Source of the DNA: a virus
Taxonomy: Duplodnaviria > Caudoviricetes
Direction: 5' to 3' (one strand)
Length of the DNA stretch: 47,920 nt
IMG/VR virus record: IMGVR_UViG_3300025387_000026
Coordinates: 1-47,920 of that record
In this document: piece after piece, positions 17,552-27,158 of the stretch
Layout: each line of letters begins with the position of its first letter
Numbering within the stretch: the first letter of the stretch is position 1
The notes under the pieces: generated by a model
What the model saw: only the letters and a program-made list of their open reading frames with translations
What the model was told of the DNA's origin: nothing
Databases searched by the model: none
Position numbers and translations under genes: made by a program

Positions 17552-17748
17552 TTAACCCTCTCAAAAGAGATAAACAGGTGATATTTTTGTTTGACAGGGT
17601 ATCAGGGTAGCCTGATCGGGAGGATGGACGCAAAAACGCTGTCGGACCTGATCGCTCAGGCCCGGCAGGTAGATCCAGATCACCCCCTCTCCTGGTAAAA
17701 GTTTGAGAGAGCCGAAACACTGTACCCGATTTGATATGCAGGGACAAA

Positions 17749-19338
17749 CTAGCTTGATCCCGTCCAGCCGGTTCCGGTAGCCGCTGTCAGGATTCCCTTG
17801 GTAAACGTCATCGTACCATTAGACAGGGTAACGGTTCCGGATATACCTCCCGTGAAAATTTGGCCTGAAGTGATTTTGATGGTACTGCCATCAATCTTCA
17901 CGCCGCCCAGAGTCGTAGTCGATGCGGTCGGCAAACTGTACTGCGTGGCGCTGATCACGCCCCCGGAAATAGTGATTGTGGTGCCGTCGATCTTGACCCC
18001 GCCTAGTGTGGAGGTCGAGGCCGTTGGCAGGGTGTAGGAGCTTGCTGTGGCGCTGATCACGCCCCCCCCGGAAATAGTGATTGTGGTGCCGTCGATCTTG
18101 ACCCCGCCTAGTGTGGAGATCGAGGCCGTTGGCAGGGTGTAGGAGCTTGCTGTGGCACTGATCACGCCCCCGCTGATGGTGATGGTTGATCCATCCGGCT
18201 TGACAGCGCCGAAGGCTGACAGGGACGCAAGGGGGATATCAGCCGATACCAAGGACCGGAACGTCGGGGCCGCTGCTGAGCCGCTGGAAGGCCCCGCAAA
18301 GATCGTGTTGGCCGATTGGGTATTCAGTGCCGCCGTAAGCGTGCCAGAGGTCGTGATGGGGCTTCCAGTGACGGTAAATATCGAAGGCAGAGACAAGGCA
18401 ACGGAAGTAACGGTCCCGTTTCCTACGGTGCCTGAACCGATGGTGGTACAAATACCGTTGATAAAATGATTGCCGGCGGAATCTGCCCCCGTTTGTCCCT
18501 GATTGCCATTCACATAAATGTAGTTTGTTTGATTAGATCCGGCCTGCCCCAGGTTGATGATGTTTGCAGCATTGTCGTTATATGATCCTAAAGTAATCAC
18601 ATTTTGATTATAGAAAGGGTAGCTAACTGAAAGGCATGTGCTGGCATTTGTGCTGGCAGGATTAAAAACCCCTACCGTATTGTTGACAACCAATGCTCCA
18701 TCAATCGTTACGTTGCCTAAAAACCGTTTGGAACCAGCAAAATATTGAGAGGTTGTCGTCACGATGCCGGGAGTGCTTCCATCTGCTGGATTTATCGTCA
18801 ACGTGAGTTGAGTAGGATAGCCTGCCAGATTAGATTTGCTTAACAAAAGACCATAGGTTCCATCAACGACAAAAGAAGTAGTTGGAAAACTTTGAAAATT
18901 AGGCTGAGAACCATTCGTGTAGATCGTGTTGATAAAGGAAGATTGAAAACCACCTGTGTTGCGGTCGACCACGACCAAACCTGAATTACTGTCAGCCGCC
19001 CCCATGATAGTAAATCCTGAGCCGAAATAGCCCAGTTTGTAGGATCCTGCAACCGATCCCCATGATTGCCCTATCGCTGGTGTTGCTGAAGATCCATCAT
19101 AGGCCACCGCGCAAGGGAATTGCCTGTGAGCTTGCCCCAAACTTTTGGGAGGAATCGGGCAGGATCCTGTTACCAAAAGGCCATCAAGCAAGTTGTCTCC
19201 CGCCGCTGGCCCCACGATCAGATTGAAGTCTTCATCCAGTCCCGTAACTGATACCAGCGAATTGGGAGGGATGTTTGCGGTTGTCGAATTGTAGACCGTG
19301 TAATAGCGTGCCGCTGTTTTTGGGTTGATGTCAGCCAC
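17749..19338 (-). CDS. Tail fibre protein
   Basis: GTVTSVAL, APTFRSLV.ADIP and repeated LPTAS..TLGGVKIDG.TI. Confidence 0.85.
   Translation of the reverse strand: MADINPKTAARYYTVYNSTTANIPPNSLVSVTGLDEDFNLIVGPAAGDNLLDGLLVTGSCPIPPKSLGQAHRQFPCAVAYDGSSATPAIGQSWGSVAGSYKLGYFGSGFTIMGAADSNSGLVVVDRNTGGFQSSFINTIYTNGSQPNFQSFPTTSFVVDGTYGLLLSKSNLAGYPTQLTLTINPADGSTPGIVTTTSQYFAGSKRFLGNVTIDGALVVNNTVGVFNPASTNASTCLSVSYPFYNQNVITLGSYNDNAANIINLGQAGSNQTNYIYVNGNQGQTGADSAGNHFINGICTTIGSGTVGNGTVTSVALSLPSIFTVTGSPITTSGTLTAALNTQSANTIFAGPSSGSAAAPTFRSLVSADIPLASLSAFGAVKPDGSTITISGGVISATASSYTLPTASISTLGGVKIDGTTITISGGGVISATASSYTLPTASTSTLGGVKIDGTTITISGGVISATQYSLPTASTTTLGGVKIDGSTIKITSGQIFTGGISGTVTLSNGTMTFTKGILTAATGTGWTGSS
17880..18215 (-). 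repeat. Tandem 102-105 bp coding repeats in the tail fibre
   Basis: Near-identical units recurring at 17945, 18047 and 18152. Confidence 0.9.
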
Positions 19339-19343
19339 TGCCT

Positions 19344-21515
19344 TTACTCCATTGGTTCTGTGATGCCCTTGCCCTTGTTGGCCGGATTCTCGTTCTCAGC
19401 CTTTTCCAATTGAGGGGCAGAGAGATATTCGAGCCGTAGCCGTTCCGGATAGCTTGGATAGAAAATCTCATGCTCTCCATTGGTGCTGATAACCGTGTGC
19501 GCCCCGTTCGGTCCCACTTCCCAGGTTATCTGCTGCCTGTACCCGTCGAGTACCAGGGGGACAATCCCGTTATAGTTTCTGCGTGTTCCCAGTGTGGTGA
19601 AATACTGGCTGGCCGCTGTGGAGAGGTAATAGGCCGCCTGAGTATCGGCATAGTCGGTATCGGGGAAAGTGCCAGTCAGAATCCCCTGAGCGTAGTCGTA
19701 GGAGTTGATCACGTTGGCCTGAACATCCTCCCGCCTGATCACCAGAGGAGGGGAGCCGGTAGGAGGTCCGGGAAACGTGAAGGTCTTGACGTATCTTGTG
19801 ACGGCATTGCTGACAGGATCGAGAATCTGAACAGCCGTTTCGAGGAAAATATCAGCCGCGAGAAAACCGCCATCGGTGTCGATCTGGTAGACGGGTTCCG
19901 AGAATCGGACGGTCTGCGTTTCCTGATCAATCTCAAAGGGAATAGGAATAAGACTTCCTATGTCCGTGTTGTAGTCGGCAAACTTGGTATAGATCAGGCC
20001 ATTGGCTTCGATCTCTTTAACAGCAAAGGAGCCGTAACAACGGGCTGGCCGCGTGCGGTAGGTGGAATCGTAAACTACCTGCTGGTAGGGTTCGCCCTGC
20101 TGCGTAATGAAATTTTCATCCGTGTCTTTTGGCAGGAGAGGGACCACCTGATTCCGTTGCAGGAGGAATTGCTCTTTCCTGAATACTGGGCCGAAACCGG
20201 GAACGAAATAAGGATAGGCCTCGTTGTCGGGATTGATCGGCACGACCCTGTACCACTTGAAAACCGATTTTCTCGCCTTCGCTTTTGCCTGCTCCAGCGT
20301 CAATTGGTCGGTCGGGTTGGCATTGGCGTAGTCGGGAGGTCCGGAGAATCGCCATTTTTCGTCAACGATTTTCGGCCCGCTGGTGGTGATGGTGAGGGTA
20401 GCCGTAGTGCCTATACTTTGCACTACTGAGCCGGTGATAGTGAACTTGGTTCCTTCCATGACCGTCAGTTGCAAAACCGTCTGGTTAGCCTGATTCACTA
20501 CGACAGCCGCAGTCATGCCGTTAAGGACATTGGGCAAGCCATTGATAACCGCCGCAAGGCCGTTGTAGGCGTTTGTCAGGCTTCCATCCCTGCCAACATA
20601 ACTGAGTTCGTTCTGATCGAAATTGCCCACGATGTCCAGCACATACTTGACCCCATCAGCCGGATTGGTGATGAGGATTTCCCATTTCTGCTGGCCGCTT
20701 CCCTGCAAGAATGGAGCCGGAACATAGCTAAGATCGTTAATAGGCCTGATCGAGCCGTCCCAGTCTTCTCCCACGGCTTCGAGCTTCATCAGGATTTGAT
20801 AGCGGATCGGAGCGCCGACAAGGATGATGGAGTCTGGCCGCTGAAGATTGGTGTAGGCTGGAGTATCGAGACTGTAAGATCCCGTAGGAAGATCAAGACC
20901 TATTCCCAGTTGTACTACGTTGACAGTATCGGTAAACCAGTCGTAGATAATCCTCCTGCCGAATTGATTGCAAAGGGATTGCAGGGCTTGAGCCGGGTTT
21001 GTCCAGTCCCAATTGATCTGGGGAAGCGTGTCGACCGTGTTGGGTAGGTCAACGGTGTAAGCGGTTTCCCTCATGGCGGTCAGGCAAAGAATAGCAAGCT
21101 GGTAGGGTGTTTTGAGAGTCCATGGAATGTACCTGGTTGGCCGTGCCAACCGTGTGGGATAGTCCCCAAATGCGTTCGGAGTGATCTTGGAATACTGGCC
21201 GGATGGATCGACTACGTTATACCTGCCTGAAATGCCCCCGCAATTTTTCCATCTCCATCGCCGATCCTTGATCGTGAGATAATAGCGAATGCCCCCGGAG
21301 TCTTTTTCAGCCCGGATGCTATCAACCCGGCAATCCGGAAGCGTCACGATCCCGATCCCGTCCGAGATAACCAGAGGTCCAGCAAGATCGGGCGGGAGAG
21401 CCTGTGGAAGGATTTCCAGACTGGCTACGCCCGGAGTGATACCGTGGCCCATCGTGTAGACACACGACCGGACAGCAACAGCGCCGGGCCAAAATGCTTG
21501 CGGGTGTCGATCCAT
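19344..21515 (-). CDS. Tail tip/baseplate hub-like protein
   Basis: 723 aa between distal tail proteins and fibre; D.RW.W motif. Confidence 0.65.
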   Translation of the reverse strand: MDRHPQAFWPGAVAVRSCVYTMGHGITPGVASLEILPQALPPDLAGPLVISDGIGIVTLPDCRVDSIRAEKDSGGIRYYLTIKDRRWRWKNCGGISGRYNVVDPSGQYSKITPNAFGDYPTRLARPTRYIPWTLKTPYQLAILCLTAMRETAYTVDLPNTVDTLPQINWDWTNPAQALQSLCNQFGRRIIYDWFTDTVNVVQLGIGLDLPTGSYSLDTPAYTNLQRPDSIILVGAPIRYQILMKLEAVGEDWDGSIRPINDLSYVPAPFLQGSGQQKWEILITNPADGVKYVLDIVGNFDQNELSYVGRDGSLTNAYNGLAAVINGLPNVLNGMTAAVVVNQANQTVLQLTVMEGTKFTITGSVVQSIGTTATLTITTSGPKIVDEKWRFSGPPDYANANPTDQLTLEQAKAKARKSVFKWYRVVPINPDNEAYPYFVPGFGPVFRKEQFLLQRNQVVPLLPKDTDENFITQQGEPYQQVVYDSTYRTRPARCYGSFAVKEIEANGLIYTKFADYNTDIGSLIPIPFEIDQETQTVRFSEPVYQIDTDGGFLAADIFLETAVQILDPVSNAVTRYVKTFTFPGPPTGSPPLVIRREDVQANVINSYDYAQGILTGTFPDTDYADTQAAYYLSTAASQYFTTLGTRRNYNGIVPLVLDGYRQQITWEVGPNGAHTVISTNGEHEIFYPSYPERLRLEYLSAPQLEKAENENPANKGKGITEPME

Positions 21516-21519
21516 AGGA

Positions 21520-23109
21520 TTATGCAGTCAGTGCAAAGGTTCGGTTTTCGCCAAGATCCACGGTTACTTCACCAAACCGGCATTGGTTCAGGCTGATACC
21601 ATTGGTGAACGTCACTACCTTGTTTGGATCGGTTAAAGTGCATCCCTTGAATAGGGTGCAATTGGTGACGGTTTTTGGCCGGGAATCAAGGCTGAAGTCT
21701 GCTGTGCCGGATGGTCCGATATTCAGATTGGTGATGGTCCCACTGGAATACCATTCCAAGGTGCCACCGTCGAGGGTAGCGGTTGTTACACTACCAGAAC
21801 CAAGGACGAAACAGATACCGTTATTCGCGGTAATAGTTGTAGCTCCTGCCTGAAGCGTAGCGTTGCCCGCGAACATGTTCAGGGTAGTAAGGGTTAATCC
21901 AGCCCCGCCAAAGAGGTTCACATCAGTAGCCGGATTGCTGGCATAGTTGATATTCACGGTTGCAAAGGTGCTGGTTTGTCCTGCCTGAAATGCAAGGCCA
22001 ATGGTTCCCTGATAGGCGTAAAGAGTGTTGGCTGAATTTGTGGCAAGGATCTGAAGGGCAGGCAGGCCCGTATCCAGAGAATTGGCGGTAGAATAGCAGG
22101 AAATAGCGGTCTGAACCGTTCCGAGGTTGAGCCTGATTCTTCCTGAGCCATTGCCACCATTGGCCCCGATGGAAACACTGCTGGCCCCGATCTGAAGAAA
22201 CTTTTGCCGATATTCGTAGTATCCAAGCGTGTTCCGGTCTGGCAGGCCAACAGTACCCGTAAACGTGCCGTAGATGTTCAAATTGGCCAGCGTGATCGAA
22301 GACAACGAAGACAGCCCGTAGAGCAGAGAACTAGATGAAATGGACCCGTCAAGAATCAACGTATCCCCGCTGGCAGGAAGGGAGGCGGTCGACCAGTTGG
22401 ACGCGACGGAAACGTCGTTAGGCCCAGCGCTCGCCGTAACCGTGGCCGCCGTGAGAGTGACAGGAGAAACAGCCGTGTTGCTGCTTGGCGGTGTTCCTGT
22501 GCTGGTGCTGGTGCCTGTGTCCTGATAGCCCACCGAGGATCCATAGATCAAGGTAGTGAGCAGGCTGGAGGCCCCGAAAGTGCCGCTGGTGGTAGACCGG
22601 TAGATCTTGTATCCCGTTGCACCTGGTACAGTCGTCCAACTCAGGTTTGCCACCAGATTTGACCCGCTTGGCGTGTAGCTGAATTGAGCCGATGGGGTTG
22701 TCTCGCCTGCTGCGTTCGTCGCGGTCATCTTGTAGTAATAGGTGGTTCCACTGACCAGTGAACCGCCTGTAGATCCTGAAATGCCAGCGATAACCGGAAC
22801 AGCAAGGGAGGCAGGTGTAACCGAGGCCGACAAGGTGAAAGGGACTCCCGCTGTCGTGGCTGCTGCTTGGACATAGGAGTTCGAGTTGTTGTACCATGAG
22901 ATTTCAAGAAATTCGGCAATCGTGCTGGCCTGCAATGCGGACGATAGACCCTGAACCACATCCGACGTTGTGGCCGCTGTGGTAGTGTAAGAGACGGTTT
23001 TTCCGTTGATGGTGACACTGAACTTGTCTCCCGGAATAGGGCTTGCTGGTGTCAGGGAAACCACCTGAGCCACCGCCGCCGCATCGCCCCGCCATAAGTT
23101 TGTCGCCAT
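21520..23109 (-). CDS. Tail structural protein with FN3-like and beta-helix-like regions
   Basis: YYYKMTATNAAGET, LSWTTVPGATGYKIYRS; Thr/Ser/Gly-rich. Confidence 0.75.
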   Translation of the reverse strand: MATNLWRGDAAAVAQVVSLTPASPIPGDKFSVTINGKTVSYTTTAATTSDVVQGLSSALQASTIAEFLEISWYNNSNSYVQAAATTAGVPFTLSASVTPASLAVPVIAGISGSTGGSLVSGTTYYYKMTATNAAGETTPSAQFSYTPSGSNLVANLSWTTVPGATGYKIYRSTTSGTFGASSLLTTLIYGSSVGYQDTGTSTSTGTPPSSNTAVSPVTLTAATVTASAGPNDVSVASNWSTASLPASGDTLILDGSISSSSLLYGLSSLSSITLANLNIYGTFTGTVGLPDRNTLGYYEYRQKFLQIGASSVSIGANGGNGSGRIRLNLGTVQTAISCYSTANSLDTGLPALQILATNSANTLYAYQGTIGLAFQAGQTSTFATVNINYASNPATDVNLFGGAGLTLTTLNMFAGNATLQAGATTITANNGICFVLGSGSVTTATLDGGTLEWYSSGTITNLNIGPSGTADFSLDSRPKTVTNCTLFKGCTLTDPNKVVTFTNGISLNQCRFGEVTVDLGENRTFALTA

Positions 23110-23121
23110 CGTCTATTCCCC

Positions 23122-24090
23122 TTATCCCGGCCACCAATGCGGAGCGCCAACAAGCGGCCCCGGAGCCTCATAATCGTAGTTCCATTCAATCGCAAAATCC
23201 TGATAACTGAGTCCCACTCGTTTTGGTTCCCGACGTGTGATTCGTGGAGGAACCGTCTTGAGCAAATTCGGCCAGAGGGGAGCAGGGGGAGCAGGCCAGT
23301 CCTGAAATCCAACCGCCATGCCGGATTGACTCGCAGTTCCCACGCTAACCGGATAGATCAATTGCCGCTGTGGAGGCCCGTTCAGGTTGGGCAGGTAGAT
23401 ATAAACCGGCCCGCCGCCGCTGGTTGTCACCGTCTCGCGGAATTCGGTAATTACCAGCCCATTGAAATATCCCGGAGTCATGCCACCGGGCAGAGAGCTT
23501 GTCTTGTCGCCTGTTGAAATGTGGCCGATCTCTGCAATCACATTGGTGGAGGGCAATACCGCTGGATTGGGATTCTCAGGGATTCCAAGAGCCGTTCCAC
23601 CACCTCCCAGAGCGCCGAATGGATTCCGGACAAATCCGGCCCCCGCAAACCCGCCGCCGCCGTAGCCACCCACATAGGCCCCGCCCAACGGAGGCAGGAG
23701 AGGCAGAGCAGGGTGAGGGTATTCAGCTTCGACCGTAAATTGATAGGTCCGATACGTCACAGCTTCAGCCCCTTTCCCGTTGGGGAAAGACGGTCCGGAC
23801 GTGATCTTCACGCCCCCTATGGAGTCGTAATTCCTGAGCCTGATGCTGGAGCTTGTGCCGTCGTCGAGCAGCACCACAAAATCTTGAAACTGAAGGGACA
23901 AGGCCCCGATCAGGGCATTCGTCTGATTGTCTGCGTCCTGCTGGCCATTCGTGATCAGGCTACCCGACACATCGACACGGCAATTCATGATATACGGAAC
24001 TCCAGCCGCATCGAATTTTGATTGCGTACTGAGCCGGATTTCCGCGCTGTTCGAGACGGACCAGGTGTAATTTCCGTATACCATCTGCAT
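23122..24090 (-). CDS. Distal tail protein (putative)
   Basis: First - strand gene after the tape measure; carries a Gly-rich insertion. Confidence 0.6.
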   Translation of the reverse strand: MQMVYGNYTWSVSNSAEIRLSTQSKFDAAGVPYIMNCRVDVSGSLITNGQQDADNQTNALIGALSLQFQDFVVLLDDGTSSSIRLRNYDSIGGVKITSGPSFPNGKGAEAVTYRTYQFTVEAEYPHPALPLLPPLGGAYVGGYGGGGFAGAGFVRNPFGALGGGGTALGIPENPNPAVLPSTNVIAEIGHISTGDKTSSLPGGMTPGYFNGLVITEFRETVTTSGGGPVYIYLPNLNGPPQRQLIYPVSVGTASQSGMAVGFQDWPAPPAPLWPNLLKTVPPRITRREPKRVGLSYQDFAIEWNYDYEAPGPLVGAPHWWPG

Positions 24091-24141
24091 AGTTGATACA
24101 ATAATTCCGGGTTCCAGTTGGAGGCAAAAAGAGGGTAGACC

Positions 24142-24462
24142 ATGGCACGGAACGACTTTGAGGATCTGTCTGAAGACTACGACGTTGAACCGGTCCTGAA
24201 GAAGAGCAAGAAAGAAAGATATGTCTTTTTCAGGCTTGCCAAAGTAGTCTTCCTTATTCTTGGAATCCTTTCGTTAGTCTTTATTCCCATTTTCTTCATG
24301 ATGTCCTTTCAAATTTTGCAATCTGCCATAATGCCCAATTATGACCTATTTATCGTATACAATCTTTTAAACCTTTGCTTCAGCGCGTTTGCTTCCACCA
24401 TGTTTTTCGTCTTCAGTGACCTCATGAGTTGGCTGATTGACGTTGAGGAAAACCTAAGATAG
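24142..24462 (+). CDS. Antisense-oriented 2-TM membrane protein (moron)
   Basis: Opposite strand inside the tail operon, AT-rich, GAGGG RBS. Confidence 0.75.
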   Translation: MARNDFEDLSEDYDVEPVLKKSKKERYVFFRLAKVVFLILGILSLVFIPIFFMMSFQILQSAIMPNYDLFIVYNLLNLCFSAFASTMFFVFSDLMSWLIDVEENLR

Positions 24463-24471
24463 GTTTCCCTT

Positions 24472-26316
24472 CTATCGACCAGCCGCCCCTCCCATGGCCT
24501 GCTTTCTCTTGACTTCATCCAGTTCGATCTTGGCCACGCTGGTTTCAGCAATGGTGATCAAGATCTGCTTAATCAATGGCCCCAATAGCTTGGCGGTTTC
24601 TTCTGCCGTTTTTTGTGCGTCCAGCGTGACAGCTACTCCCAGTTGCTGCGATAGGTTCACCTGAGTTTCCCGGAGTTCCTGAAGGCTTCTCAAGTCGTCG
24701 TTTTGTTCCGGAGCCAGTCGCCGGATTTCCTCAAATTCCTTCGAGTATCGTAGTCCGAGCTTTTCTTCCTGCTTGCGAGCAAACTCAGGCCTGAGAGATT
24801 TGATCAGGCCACGCTGATACTGACCAAGAGATTCATAGCCCAGCCGGTTGGTCTGTTTGAAAGCCTGAATAGCCGCGCCGCGAGTTCCGGGAAGCATTCC
24901 CCCGAACGTCTGATACTGATTTGTCAGTCTGGCTTCCTTGCTTGCTGTGTCCTGATATTCCTCCCGCAACAGACCGAGACCGGCTTGTCGTTCCATGCCG
25001 CCCGCCTGAACCATGGCCCGGGCCGCTGCCAGCTTCTCTTCCCTTGCTTGCCGTAGTTCGTCCTGCGCTCTTGCCTTTTCCAACATGCCTTGCTCCTGCA
25101 TTCGCAAGGCCATTTGTCGGGCATGATTCAAAGATTTGTTTTCAAGATAGGTTTCTAAAGATCCTCCCAGAAGTTCAGCGGGTAGGCTGGCCCCATTCCC
25201 CGAAATACCAGGCGTTCTGATACCAAATTTTTCCCTTGCCTGAACCTGAGTTTCCAAGGCTTTCCCTTGCTGAATTTTTGCTTCAGCCGCCTTGATCGCC
25301 GCCTCTGACTGCTGAATCCGTTGATCAGCGTTCCGATTCATCTCCCCGGCTTTGTATCTCTCCCTCTGTGCTTGCTCCTGCTGTTGCAACAGGGATTCCC
25401 TCTGTTGAAACCGATTGATTTCATACTGGTTTCCCGGAGTCGGAGCATTGCCAATGATTCCAATAGGATAACCCTGATAAGACTGAACCGTCGCCGCTAT
25501 CCGTTCCTCTTCCTGAATTTTCGGAAGAGCCATCACTCTGGCTTCCCGGTAGATCTGGAGTTGATTCGTAAACCGATTAAACTCCACTTCCGATTGTCTG
25601 ATCTTTTCAGTTAAACCTGTCAGGCTGTCTACCAGTTCTCCAAAACTCTTGAACAGACTTCCAATAATCGGAGCCTGTTCAATCAACTGCGTCCGTTTCA
25701 GGCTTTCAGGCATATCCCTGTTTTGAAAGATATTCGATATGCCTGTAGCCCGATTCATTTCATAGGTTGCAAGACTTGTGGCAAACCCTGCAAGAGCACC
25801 ACCCGCCAGCGAGTTGTAAACTTCCAAAGACCCATTGGAAAGAAAATTGAATAACCCTCTCTTTCCCGTCCCCGTCTTCGATTTCTTCTTTTTATCCGGT
25901 TCAGGATTTTTGAAAGGATTGTTTGGGGAAGGCGCGTTTGATTGCTGAATCTTCCCGGCTGCATCATGCAAGGCGTATCGGAGTTTTTCTATCGACTCCC
26001 TCAATCTGTCTGAGGCAGGATCCTTGACGGGATTGCTGTAAAGAGACGCCAATGGAGCCGAATTCGTGCTGTAAAAAGACGATACCCGATTGACTCCCGA
26101 TAGAGGGATAGGAGCCGCCTGAATCGCTGTAGAGGCCTTCGATTGCAGGGCAGTGGCTCTGGTGCCAAATGGCCCGGAAAGGTTCTTATACACGTCCTGT
26201 AAGGCGCGGGCAGCGTCAGCCGCTGTCTTGGCCTTCGCCGCCAATTCGTCGAGCCTGGAGGCCGCGTTGCCGTTTAAACTGGCATCCAGTTTGATGGAGA
26301 CTTGCTTATCTGCCAT
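24472..26316 (-). CDS. Tape measure protein
   Basis: Ala/Gln-rich helical 614 aa, directly after the tail chaperones. Confidence 0.75.
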   Translation of the reverse strand: MADKQVSIKLDASLNGNAASRLDELAAKAKTAADAARALQDVYKNLSGPFGTRATALQSKASTAIQAAPIPLSGVNRVSSFYSTNSAPLASLYSNPVKDPASDRLRESIEKLRYALHDAAGKIQQSNAPSPNNPFKNPEPDKKKKSKTGTGKRGLFNFLSNGSLEVYNSLAGGALAGFATSLATYEMNRATGISNIFQNRDMPESLKRTQLIEQAPIIGSLFKSFGELVDSLTGLTEKIRQSEVEFNRFTNQLQIYREARVMALPKIQEEERIAATVQSYQGYPIGIIGNAPTPGNQYEINRFQQRESLLQQQEQAQRERYKAGEMNRNADQRIQQSEAAIKAAEAKIQQGKALETQVQAREKFGIRTPGISGNGASLPAELLGGSLETYLENKSLNHARQMALRMQEQGMLEKARAQDELRQAREEKLAAARAMVQAGGMERQAGLGLLREEYQDTASKEARLTNQYQTFGGMLPGTRGAAIQAFKQTNRLGYESLGQYQRGLIKSLRPEFARKQEEKLGLRYSKEFEEIRRLAPEQNDDLRSLQELRETQVNLSQQLGVAVTLDAQKTAEETAKLLGPLIKQILITIAETSVAKIELDEVKRKQAMGGAAGR

Positions 26317-26731
26317 TTCCCTTCCCCGTGACTAAGGACAGCATCAAAGAACGTTGCTTGTTTTCGGCCACCATGTCTTCAATCTGCCTGATCTCAGCCG
26401 CGTGAGACCGGACCAAGCCGTCAGCCGAAAACTCCCCGATAGCCTTGCATTCCTGGTAGTGCTGGTAAATCCTGTAGGTCGTTTCCGTGATTTCAATCGC
26501 GTTTTCCTGCTTCCGATCAGGCAAGGGGAGGTGAGCCGTTCGCGGGCATCTATCGCATGGAGTTGAGCTATTCCGTGGCCGTACCATGGGAAGGCAGGTG
26601 CGCTTGTCAATCAAGGGAGTCGCGGAAAGAGGCTGGCCCGGACTGTCATCGTAAACCGTCTCCCGGCAAGCCTCGCAAGTTCTTCCTATCATGTCGGGGT
26701 AGGTAAGCAGGAACCAGACCCCGTATCTTAG
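26306..26731 (-). CDS. Tail assembly chaperone GT extension (-1 frame)
   Basis: The -1 frame from the slippery site reads LRYGVWFLLTYPDMIGRTCEAC... and is open to 26306. Confidence 0.75.
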   Translation of the reverse strand, partial: LRYGVWFLLTYPDMIGRTCEACRETVYDDSPGQPLSATPLIDKRTCLPMVRPRNSSTPCDRCPRTAHLPLPDRKQENAIEITETTYRIYQHYQECKAIGEFSADGLVRSHAAEIRQIEDMVAENKQRSLMLSLVTGKGNGR

Positions 26732-27072
26732 TTTTTTCGGATCTCCTCCAACTCACCTGGTTCGGCAAATCCACATATCGCGTTCATCAGGTGGACCCGC
26801 GCCGATGGATGGAGCTTGCGGAGCTTCTCCAAGTCTGGCTTGATCTTGTTCCCGTCTCCATCAATGATTGACCAGGCGATCAGGTGATCCAGCATGAACT
26901 CACTTTCCAGCCTGATCTCACTGTCTGGATTCTGCCTCACCTGTCGGAAATGTTTGTTGATCTTTTCAGGGAGGGCAAGGCGATAATCGAAGGAAAATTC
27001 AGGATGAAGTCCCTTCCTTCGTGGGACAATGTCTGTCTTGGTACAACCGTCTTCGATGAAAAAGTTTTCCAT
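26728..27072 (-). CDS. Tail assembly chaperone (gpG-like)
   Basis: Between tube and tape measure; ends ...EEIRKN on A AAA AAC. Confidence 0.8.
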   Translation of the reverse strand: MENFFIEDGCTKTDIVPRRKGLHPEFSFDYRLALPEKINKHFRQVRQNPDSEIRLESEFMLDHLIAWSIIDGDGNKIKPDLEKLRKLHPSARVHLMNAICGFAEPGELEEIRKN

Positions 27073-27158
27073 GGATCTACCTGTCGTAAGAATCGAGAAT
27101 CAGGACCAGAAGGATTGCCCCACAAATGGCAATCCACGTTATACAGTTCGCCATTATA

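Noticed and set aside
17623-17698. 24-aa + strand ORF (MDAKTLSDLIAQ...) after a TTGACA
   Set aside because: There is no properly spaced -10 box, GGAGG abuts the ATG, and it is too short to support.
19470-21047. Long + strand ORFs (319 and 192 aa) and similar antisense ORFs elsewhere
   Set aside because: They are shadows of well-supported - strand genes and have no motifs.
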